Part shown: positions 1-7,527 of the stretch, one piece after another
Position numbering within the stretch: position 1 is the first letter of the stretch
How the letters are laid out: every line of letters begins with the position of its first letter
From: a virus
Reading direction: 5' to 3' (one strand)
IMG/VR virus record: IMGVR_UViG_3300028563_000014
Span: 23,463 to 87,462 of that record
DNA length: 64,000 nt
Made by a program: the position numbers and the translations under genes
The notes under the pieces: generated by a model
What the model saw: only the letters and a program-made list of their open reading frames with translations
Told to the model about the DNA's origin: nothing
Databases searched by the model: none

Positions 1-158
1 CCGGCGAGAACGTAGTCCTGGTATCCGCCGCCGCCGCCGTGAGCTGTTCCTCTCTTGACGAAAAACTCGATCGTGAAATCGCCGGATATCGACGGCGTGG
101 ACCCGAGGGCTACGTACTGGCCCTCGGTGTAGTCGAGTGGGAGTGCCCGGTTCGACAT
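1..158 (-). CDS. LamG/concanavalin-like domain protein, 5' part (runs off the window)
   Basis: ATG at 158 with GAGGAG RBS upstream. Translates MSNRALPLDYTEGQYVALGSTPSISGDFTIEFFVKR; 'DFTIEFFVK' is typical of LamG-like domains. Confidence 0.6.
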   Translation of the reverse strand, partial: MSNRALPLDYTEGQYVALGSTPSISGDFTIEFFVKRGTAHGGGGGYQDYVLA

Positions 159-164
159 GGCTCC

Positions 165-1952
165 TCAGAAGCCCCCGTACAAGAACAGGCCCGCGCGCCC
201 GACAGTGATCGTCGGTCCGCCGTTCAGCTGAGCCATCCCGAACCCAGCGCGCATGTAGTCGTTGATCGCCGCAGCCATCCACTGGGGATGAGGATTATTT
301 CTGGAGACCGTCCGAATCGCGGCCAGGTACCCGGCAGCATTCGTGAGCCCAATGCTGGCGGCGTAGCTGTCCAGGTTGCGGGACGGAGCAGGGAACGACG
401 TCGTCGCTGTCGACGGTCCGGCCTCGCTGCTCGCGCCGAGCCAGTTCGATCCGCCGCTGCTATAGCCGTGGTACGTCGAACCGTCCGTCCAGAAGTGCGA
501 CGTCGAGAGAAGCGAGTAGGTGTTCCCCGTGAACGTGAACGGCGTGAAGATCGCGCTGTCCACCTCGTAGGCCCCTTGGCCTTGGTCGGGGTCCTGGATG
601 ACGTTCGAGAAGATCTTGATGTTCGACCACGTCGGGCGCGCGGTGACGAGGATGCCCGTGTCGTGCATCCGATAGATCACGTTGTTGTCGATGTTCAGGT
701 TCCCGCTGAACTGCGTGCTAGTGTCGTCGTCGATGGCGATCGCGAAGGTCCCATTCGTGTAGCTGTAGTCGGTGAACAGGTTGTGCTCGATCACCGATCC
801 GTTGTTGTTTTTCATCTCGATGCCCCACCCGAGGCTGCGCCCGGTGGGGTTGCTCTGGTTCGTCTGGCTCAGGACGTTCCACGTGATGCTGCTGTTCGTG
901 ATGCACCCTGTCCCGTCGCACGACGATCCGGGCGTGCCGTTCGCCATGCTGATGCCGACCTCGCCCTGGAAGAAGAAATTATTGTAGGCGACGGTGTTGT
1001 TCGTGACCGTGATGTCCGTTCGCCCGTACTGAACGAATTTCAGACTCAGCGAGGATGACCTGCCAAAGATATTCCCACGAGCTGTTACGGCCGTGCTGTC
1101 CTCGATGTAGACGTGATGGTTGAAGACGTCGGCAGGTTGGCCGCCGGTCACGTTCCATGCGTTCATATCAAACCAGTTCTCTTCGAAGATGGTCCCAAAT
1201 GTTCCCGTGCTCGCCGCCGCGATGTACGCCCCTTGCGCGTGGCCACCGCAGCTTGACGGGTTTCCGTTGTACTGGTCGGTGATGACGTTGCGGCGGATCA
1301 CGATATCCGTCGGGTGGACGAGGCTGACGTAGGCGATATTGATCCCGTCCTCGAAGAAGTGGAACCAGTTGTCCTCGATGAGGAGGTCTGACCCCGCGTC
1401 GAAGATCGTGATTCCATTCGTACACGGGGCGGCTCCTCCCGATCCCCCGCCGGCACCCGCATAGTTGCCGCTCGCCGGGTCCTTGGCCGCGTCATAGAAA
1501 TCCAACCCGATGATGTAGACGTGGCTCAGCGTCCCCGACCCGCCCCGGCTGATGAACGAGCCTACGCTGCTGCTGCTGCTCGTCTGCAGCCGCGGCCTCG
1601 TCGTGCTGCCGGTGGAATAGCTCGATATCACGATGGGCTCGTCTGAGCCGCGACCGTTGAAGTTCGTCGGAAGGCCGAGACCTTCATCCGTCCACGTATC
1701 TCCAGCCTTCAGGTACAGGTGGTCAGGCTTGCCGTTGCGGATGAGCGCCAGCGCGTTCGAGAGGTGGCGCTTCGGAAGCGACGGGCTCAGGCCGCTGTTG
1801 CTGTCGCTGCCGCTGGTGCTGACGTAGACGTCGACCGTGTCGGAAGAGTCGGCCACCAGCGTGTAGCCGTTGCCATCGCGCGTGACGTTGGCAGCCCACG
1901 CAGAACTGCTGAGTCCCACGATGGCAACGACGATAGCGGCGTGAAGCCTCAC
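165..1952 (-). CDS. Secreted right-handed beta-helix protein (pectin-lyase-like fold; adhesin/depolymerase candidate)
   Basis: GTG at 1952 overlaps the upstream stop. Signal peptide VRLHAAIVVAIVGLSSSAWA. 'YVSTSGSDSNSGLSPSLPK...LYLKAGDTW' opening and repeated I-x-x-N rungs. Confidence 0.75.
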   Translation of the reverse strand: MRLHAAIVVAIVGLSSSAWAANVTRDGNGYTLVADSSDTVDVYVSTSGSDSNSGLSPSLPKRHLSNALALIRNGKPDHLYLKAGDTWTDEGLGLPTNFNGRGSDEPIVISSYSTGSTTRPRLQTSSSSSVGSFISRGGSGTLSHVYIIGLDFYDAAKDPASGNYAGAGGGSGGAAPCTNGITIFDAGSDLLIEDNWFHFFEDGINIAYVSLVHPTDIVIRRNVITDQYNGNPSSCGGHAQGAYIAAASTGTFGTIFEENWFDMNAWNVTGGQPADVFNHHVYIEDSTAVTARGNIFGRSSSLSLKFVQYGRTDITVTNNTVAYNNFFFQGEVGISMANGTPGSSCDGTGCITNSSITWNVLSQTNQSNPTGRSLGWGIEMKNNNGSVIEHNLFTDYSYTNGTFAIAIDDDTSTQFSGNLNIDNNVIYRMHDTGILVTARPTWSNIKIFSNVIQDPDQGQGAYEVDSAIFTPFTFTGNTYSLLSTSHFWTDGSTYHGYSSGGSNWLGASSEAGPSTATTSFPAPSRNLDSYAASIGLTNAAGYLAAIRTVSRNNPHPQWMAAAINDYMRAGFGMAQLNGGPTITVGRAGLFLYGGF

Positions 1953-2878
1953 AGCGCGCACCCGACAACCAGACCGACGCCATGCCTCGCTTGCCACCAC
2001 CCGGGGACACTCATGTCGATGACTTCGACCGGTCCCGGTGGGTGCAAACCGGCAAGCACACAAGGGGGAGTAGACCAGCCAAGTGCAAACATGAAAGCAT
2101 CGTAGTTCGTCGTCCCTCCTCCGTTGGGGTCGGCGTCGTTATTCGCCAGGATCGCCGAATTGTGAGACGTCGCTTCAGTAGAGCCGAGCGGATTGGACGG
2201 GTCATAAAATGCCGCATAGGAAATGTAACTCGGCAATGTCAACGTGGCGTAGTTGCTGAATAACAGCGCGTTCGATGACCACGTGCTCGAAGTTGAGTCG
2301 ACGGCTGACGCGGACGTCAACTCAGACGAAACCGTGGCGGTCAGCGCGCTTCCGTTGCGCCATGCCTTTATTCGAGACGCCGCCGCTTGCCCCGTGTCAA
2401 CGGCTACCTGCAATCGATTGCGCCCCGCCGCCCATGGGAATGAGTAGTTCCCATTAGACGAGTAGACCTCCAGCGCCGTCCCGGTTCCCGAGACGAACAC
2501 CAAGAAGACGTACGCGATATTCACGTTTCCTACCTCTGCGATGATGTCGAATGACGCCGGCGTGGTGTCATCGAATTCGCACTCGAAGTAGAGCTTCGTT
2601 GTGCCGCCGTATGCGGTCTGGAACTTCGTTCCGTTAAGCGCAGCTGACGTAGCCGTGGCAGCACCGGCAAAATTGTAATAACCACCCCCGCTGTTGCTGC
2701 CCCACGCTGAACTCCCGCCCGCAGTGATCGTTGCGGCGACCGGTGAAGCAGCGGAGTCACCGATGGTGGTCCCGGTTCCTTCGTTGAATTTATAGAGCGC
2801 CAGCGGTGTCGTCGCCGCTGCAGGCGCGGACGCCAGGAGCATGACCAGCGCGAGTAGGAGTTTCTGCAGCCGGCGCAT
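1949..2878 (-). CDS. Secreted LamG-like jelly-roll protein
   Basis: ATG at 2878 coupled to the upstream stop. Signal peptide MRRLQKLLLALVMLLASAPAAA, then 'LYKFNEGTGTTIGDS', a LamG-like start. Confidence 0.7.
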   Translation of the reverse strand: MRRLQKLLLALVMLLASAPAAATTPLALYKFNEGTGTTIGDSAASPVAATITAGGSSAWGSNSGGGYYNFAGAATATSAALNGTKFQTAYGGTTKLYFECEFDDTTPASFDIIAEVGNVNIAYVFLVFVSGTGTALEVYSSNGNYSFPWAAGRNRLQVAVDTGQAAASRIKAWRNGSALTATVSSELTSASAVDSTSSTWSSNALLFSNYATLTLPSYISYAAFYDPSNPLGSTEATSHNSAILANNDADPNGGGTTNYDAFMFALGWSTPPCVLAGLHPPGPVEVIDMSVPGWWQARHGVGLVVGCAL

Positions 2879-5169
2879 CAGTTCCACCCCACCGCGCTCT
2901 GACCGTAGGATCCATAGTAAGTGCTGTTGTAGTAGACGAACGTCACCCAGAATTGGGCGTTGGCCGCGGTCGGGATCGACGGCGCCGTGCCCTGCCACTT
3001 CACACCAGCTGGCCACGCGGGCAGCGAGAACCCTCCGGTGCCGTTCTGCAGGATGAGCAAACGCAAAACCGCGACTTGTCCGCTACCCAGCGTCGGCGCT
3101 GTGAACGTCGGCGTGCCGGACATGCTTCCGGTTGCTGTTGCGACGTAGACGTTCCCCGTGGTCCAGTCGGCCAAGAGCGGGTTCGCGCCAGTGATATTGC
3201 TGGCTCCGGCCTTGTACGAAGCGTCCTGGATATTGGTGATGTTGTTGCCGCCCATCGCGATGGGGCCGGACATCGTTCCGCCGGCGAGCGGCAGCGCCGA
3301 GCTGCTACCAGAGGCGACGGCCTGTCCGATGATCGTGGTCCCGTTGTAGGTGAAGTCGATGACGTCGCAGGCGTTGGGCGTCGGCGAGAGGACCGGCGCC
3401 GATCCGTCTCCCGCCCACACCAGCGTCGGCGACGTCGGCCAGGCCTGGTGTCGCGTTCCGGTCGCGTCCTGGCAGACCCAGGCCTCGAAGTGCTTGGCGC
3501 CGCCGATGGTCCAGGTCGGGGTCCCGGTAACGTCTCCGGTCAGGACCCAGAAATGGGTGTTGCAGGTGGTCGAGAAGTCGGCAAGGACGGGGGACGCGCC
3601 CGTCTTGTTGCCGTCATTGTGGTAGGTGGTCCCGCAGTCGATCGGGTTGTCGCCCAGGTTCAGCCGACCCGCCATGGTGGCGCCGGTCAACGTCGGGTTG
3701 AACGCGAAGCAAGCTGGGCCGGTCCCGGTCTCGTCTGTCAGACGCCCCGCCAGCGTCGAGGACGAGAACGTCGCCATGTCCGACATGGCCGCCGAGAACG
3801 CCAGTGCAGTCGCAGTCGTGTAGGCCACCACGCCAGCCGAGCTGATCCCGGTGGCGACCTGATTGGACCCCGCGGTGCTCGCGCGGACCGTGGTCCCGAT
3901 GTTCCCGCTCGAGTCCTTGTCGTGGAACCGGTGGTCCGTCGAGTCCGCCCAGCTGGCGAGATTCCCCGAGCCGGGCGTCCCCGGCGCAGAGCTCTCGGCC
4001 GTCGTGGCGGCGATGCCCGCGCCACCACCGGCTGGGACAGCCCACGCCCCATCAGCCCGCAGGAAGTTTGTAGTGCCGCCGCCGCTGGCCGGCGCCAGGC
4101 CCTTCAGGCTCGAGCTGAAGGCGTTCAGCGCCGCCGTCTGGGCGGAGGCGTCCACCAGTCCAGCCCAGGTCCGCCCGGCCGCCGAGCAGGTGTAGAGCGC
4201 GGCCGCGCCGGCACCGGTGAAATAGATGCACTTGTCGGCTGCCGTCGACAGGGCGGCGATCGCTGCCAGGTCGCTGTCGTACACCTGGACGTTCGTCCCC
4301 GGGACCAGCGATATGGCCGCCTGCGCTGCGGCGACGCTCGCTGCCGTTACCAGGCTCCGGCCGAGAGATGTGCTGTCAGTGATGGCCGTCGACCCGATCG
4401 CGATCGTCGAGCTCCCCGCCGCCGTCAGACGTCCATCGTTCCCGACCGTGTACGTGGCGACGTGCTGGCCATCGCCGTAGCCGCCAGGGCTGACGCCGGT
4501 GGGCGCCAAGCTCGGGTTCGGATAGTTATTGGCCAGCGACCCACCAGCCGGCCCACTGGGAGGTCCGCCGCCCCCTCCGCCGCCCGCCCCGGTGCCCAGG
4601 TACTGGTCCACCAGAGAGATCAGGTCGTTCACCAGGCCGTTCCCCGGGGCGCCGAGCCACCCGTTACTGTTCCCTGGGAAGTTGGCCTCGTTCGGAGAGT
4701 TGCCGAGCTTTCCCGTGGACGGGTCCGGGTTCGGCGGCGGGTCGATCTGGGGCGCTAGCTGGACGAGCCCTCGGTTCGGCCCAGGGACCGAGAACCACCG
4801 GATGTCCGTCACGCCGGGGTTCCCGCTGCGGTGGGAGGAGATCCAGAGCTTCTCGCGCACGCGGTAGGTCCCGACGACGTCAGGCGTGAACGTCGCCAGG
4901 GGCGTGTTCGACGTCTCGCCGTACGCCAGGACGCCGGTGGCGATGGCGCTGCCGCCGGGCACCCAGAGCATCTCGATCTGCCAGGATCCGATCCCCGTGG
5001 TCGTCCCGTTGCCCACCGAGACCACAGTCCCGGTCACGCCCTTCATCGCGAAACCGGCGGAGCCGACCGTGGCCCCCTGCGTGAACTTGATGCGGGCCAG
5101 CTGCGCCCGGGAGGCGCGCGGAACCAAGAGGACAGCTGCCACCAGGACAGCGACTGCGAGGCGCTTCAT
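2878..5169 (-). CDS. Tail-fibre-like protein with N-terminal signal peptide
   Basis: Gly/Ala/Ser/Thr-rich 763 aa. Fibre-type motifs (VQVYDSDLAAIAAL, NFLRADGAW, LPLAGGTMSGPIAMGGNNITN) and two C-terminal 'QDATG..WP..W..G.AP' repeats. N-terminus MKRLAVAVLVAAVLLVPRASRA. Confidence 0.7.
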   Translation of the reverse strand: MKRLAVAVLVAAVLLVPRASRAQLARIKFTQGATVGSAGFAMKGVTGTVVSVGNGTTTGIGSWQIEMLWVPGGSAIATGVLAYGETSNTPLATFTPDVVGTYRVREKLWISSHRSGNPGVTDIRWFSVPGPNRGLVQLAPQIDPPPNPDPSTGKLGNSPNEANFPGNSNGWLGAPGNGLVNDLISLVDQYLGTGAGGGGGGGPPSGPAGGSLANNYPNPSLAPTGVSPGGYGDGQHVATYTVGNDGRLTAAGSSTIAIGSTAITDSTSLGRSLVTAASVAAAQAAISLVPGTNVQVYDSDLAAIAALSTAADKCIYFTGAGAAALYTCSAAGRTWAGLVDASAQTAALNAFSSSLKGLAPASGGGTTNFLRADGAWAVPAGGGAGIAATTAESSAPGTPGSGNLASWADSTDHRFHDKDSSGNIGTTVRASTAGSNQVATGISSAGVVAYTTATALAFSAAMSDMATFSSSTLAGRLTDETGTGPACFAFNPTLTGATMAGRLNLGDNPIDCGTTYHNDGNKTGASPVLADFSTTCNTHFWVLTGDVTGTPTWTIGGAKHFEAWVCQDATGTRHQAWPTSPTLVWAGDGSAPVLSPTPNACDVIDFTYNGTTIIGQAVASGSSSALPLAGGTMSGPIAMGGNNITNIQDASYKAGASNITGANPLLADWTTGNVYVATATGSMSGTPTFTAPTLGSGQVAVLRLLILQNGTGGFSLPAWPAGVKWQGTAPSIPTAANAQFWVTFVYYNSTYYGSYGQSAVGWN

Positions 5170-5176
5170 GCGTCCG

Positions 5177-5206
5177 AGGATGCGTCCCCGGCGCCTTGCG
5201 CGTCAA
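5177..5206 (-). promoter_or_regulatory. Putative promoter TTGACG-N18-CATCCT, 7 nt before ATG (leaderless)
   Basis: Matches the recurring motif described in findings. Confidence 0.6.
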
Positions 5207-5216
5207 TCTTCGAGGG

Positions 5217-5627
5217 TCAGCCAGCGCGGCGGCGCGGCGGACGGGACTGCGGCCCGGAGACCGGGATCGGTGACCTCGGGTCGCTCTGGTCGTGGTGGAT
5301 CATTGGGAACACCGGAAGCGCCGGAGCCGGTGGAGCCGGCACATCGACGATCAGGACCTTCGCTTCGATCTCCACGATCTGCCACTCCGAGGACGAGAAC
5401 TCTTCCGGGGACGGGTTCCAGCCGTGGATCGCCACTCCGGTGTCCGTCACCACCGAAAAAGCGTACTTCTCCCCCGGGCGCTTGACCAGCGCCAGCGCAG
5501 TCGGCCCCACGAACTCCGGCGCCTTCGTCGGCTTGTTGGCCACCCACGTTGCGTGGTTCGCGTATCTCCCGGCGTGCAGGGCTTGCAGGACCTGCTTCCA
5601 GGTCTGCCTGGTCTTGAGGACCCTCAT
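5217..5627 (-). CDS. DUF2829/Tad2-like protein (possible Thoeris anti-defence sponge)
   Basis: Pattern 'TWKQVLQALHAGRYANHATW ... GWNPSPEEFSSSEWQIVE' resembles the DUF2829 consensus (F.EALEALK.G..V.R..W ... W.PS..D..A.DW.IVE). TG-TATAGT lies just upstream of the ATG. Confidence 0.5.
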   Translation of the reverse strand: MRVLKTRQTWKQVLQALHAGRYANHATWVANKPTKAPEFVGPTALALVKRPGEKYAFSVVTDTGVAIHGWNPSPEEFSSSEWQIVEIEAKVLIVDVPAPPAPALPVFPMIHHDQSDPRSPIPVSGPQSRPPRRRAG

Positions 5628-5647
5628 GGCAACCGACTATACACCGC

Positions 5648-6337
5648 TCAGCGGTACAGCTCGTCCGACCCCAGGCAGCGCACGTCGAAGTCTGGCCCGG
5701 CCCAGGCGTTCGACGTCCTGCTCTCCAGTGTCATGTGCGGCGCAGCTAGAGATCGCTCGCCGACGTGCTGGTATAGGCCCGGGTAATGGACCCCGATCAT
5801 CCATCCGCGTCGCTTCCCGATCGCCCGGATGCAGTCGTCAGATCCGCCGCCCTTCATGTTCTCCATCTCCGGACGCGCGTGCTCGAGCTCGCGCAGGGTG
5901 CGCAGCGGGATCTTCAGCGCCTGGCAGTAGCTGAAGATCTGCGCGGGGACGCGCCAGATGCTCCGCGGGAACCACTCGTCCCCCCACGGAGCGTAGAGCA
6001 TGACCAGGGCACAGTCGGACGGGACGACCAGCGAGCAGGCGCGCGCGGCCGCCCCGGGACTGCCGCGCGCGTCGTCTTCGAGGAACACCAGGTTCTCGCC
6101 TGCGCGCGCAGCCAGTTCGAGCGCGGCCCAGGTCGACCAACGGTTCTCACCAGGACGTGCCACCGCGGGCTTCGGCGCCAGGTGTATCTCCCAGCCATCG
6201 CGCACTGCCGCTGCCGGCGGCGCGTCCCCGTCTACCACGACCACGCGCCGCTCCTCGCGAGGGGCTGAGTCGTCTACCCCGGAGATCGTGGCAGCCAAGT
6301 AATCCGGCCGCCGCGGGTCGGTCAGGACGGCGATCAA
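5648..6337 (-). CDS. GT-A fold glycosyltransferase
   Basis: TTG start overlaps the upstream TGA. Motifs 'R..YLAATI', 'VVVVDG', 'LVFLEDD' (DxD-like) and C-terminal 'YQHVGERS'. Confidence 0.7.
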   Translation of the reverse strand: MIAVLTDPRRPDYLAATISGVDDSAPREERRVVVVDGDAPPAAAVRDGWEIHLAPKPAVARPGENRWSTWAALELAARAGENLVFLEDDARGSPGAAARACSLVVPSDCALVMLYAPWGDEWFPRSIWRVPAQIFSYCQALKIPLRTLRELEHARPEMENMKGGGSDDCIRAIGKRRGWMIGVHYPGLYQHVGERSLAAPHMTLESRTSNAWAGPDFDVRCLGSDELYR

Positions 6338-7524
6338 GACAGAGTGACCGTCGCCGTATAATTCAGGTTGAACGCCCCGTTCCCGAAGATCCCGAGACCG
6401 ATTGCCCGGTAACCGGCACGCGGCCCAGCCACATAGGGAGCGGGGATGGCAACGGTGACATCTGTGACACTGCCCGCGCTGCTGCTGCTGTAGCTGAAGA
6501 TCGTGCCAGCAATCGGGACGGTGGCCCCCGTCAGGTAGATGTTCGTCCCTCCGCCCGACGTGATCGCATTCATGAGGCCGACGTAGCGCATGGTCGTCGC
6601 GCCAGCGAGAACGCACTGGTCGATCGAATACTCCATGGGGTCGGAACTCGGGAGCGTCGCGTGCCCGCCGGGAAACCACTGGCTCAGGCTACCGGCCCCG
6701 TCGAGGACGCCACCGAACTGAAAGGTGCCAAGGATCTTCGCCGAGACGGTCGGGTTCGGGCCGCCGCCGCCCCCGGGCACGTTGATACCCGGGCCGGCTA
6801 GGATAGCGAGGACGCCGGTGTTGTTGACGATCGGGCTGGTCGCTGTCCCGGTGATCGAGATGCCGGTGCCCGCGCGGACAGACGTGACCACGCCGGTCAC
6901 GTTGATCACCGGGTTCTGCGCCGTACCGCTGATGGTGACGTTGGTCCCTGCCGTCGCGGACAGGACGCCGGTGTTGTTGACGATCGGGTTCGCGCCGGTT
7001 CCGGTAATGGAGATGCCGGGGCCGGAAGACACGGAGAGGACGCCCGTGTTGTTGATGATCGGGTTCGTGGACGTGCCCGTGATGCTGATGCCGGGCCCGG
7101 CGCTGACAGACGCCACGGCAGCTCCGGGGCCTACGCCGGCTACCTGGATCGCTGCCCCGACCGCATCGTCATAGACGAACCATGCCTTACCACCGGCGCC
7201 CGTGGTCGTGTCAGCTCCGGCCAGGAGCTGCATGGGCACGGTCCCACCCGGCGGTGACGCCGCGTTGTTCCCGAGCACCAGGGAGGACGGGAAGTAGAGC
7301 AGGAACTTTCGGCCGGGGAGCAGGTTGGTCGTCCCGATAAAATTGACCCGCGTCGCCCCGGTGACGTGGAAGTAGTCCTCGATCCCAGGGGTGACGATGG
7401 CCGCGGACGCGATGTCGGCGCCGCGCAGTGACTGCTGGAAGATCGGAAAGTCCGTGGCCACCGCCGCCGCCGCCGAGGCGTTGACGCCGTGGATCTTCTC
7501 TCCCTTGGTAAAAACGTAGCCCAT
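6334..7524 (-). CDS. Tail fibre / virion structural protein with 23-aa repeats
   Basis: About five copies of V(L/A)SV(S/T)(A/S)G.GISITGT..NPI(I/V)NNTG; located in the fibre cluster. Confidence 0.7.
   Translation of the reverse strand: MGYVFTKGEKIHGVNASAAAAVATDFPIFQQSLRGADIASAAIVTPGIEDYFHVTGATRVNFIGTTNLLPGRKFLLYFPSSLVLGNNAASPPGGTVPMQLLAGADTTTGAGGKAWFVYDDAVGAAIQVAGVGPGAAVASVSAGPGISITGTSTNPIINNTGVLSVSSGPGISITGTGANPIVNNTGVLSATAGTNVTISGTAQNPVINVTGVVTSVRAGTGISITGTATSPIVNNTGVLAILAGPGINVPGGGGGPNPTVSAKILGTFQFGGVLDGAGSLSQWFPGGHATLPSSDPMEYSIDQCVLAGATTMRYVGLMNAITSGGGTNIYLTGATVPIAGTIFSYSSSSAGSVTDVTVAIPAPYVAGPRAGYRAIGLGIFGNGAFNLNYTATVTLS
6760..7110 (-). repeat. 69-bp (23-aa) tandem coding repeat, about 5 copies
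   Basis: Repeated 'gtgttgttgacgatcggg...gccggg' units visible on the + strand. Confidence 0.85.
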
Positions 7525-7527
7525 GGG

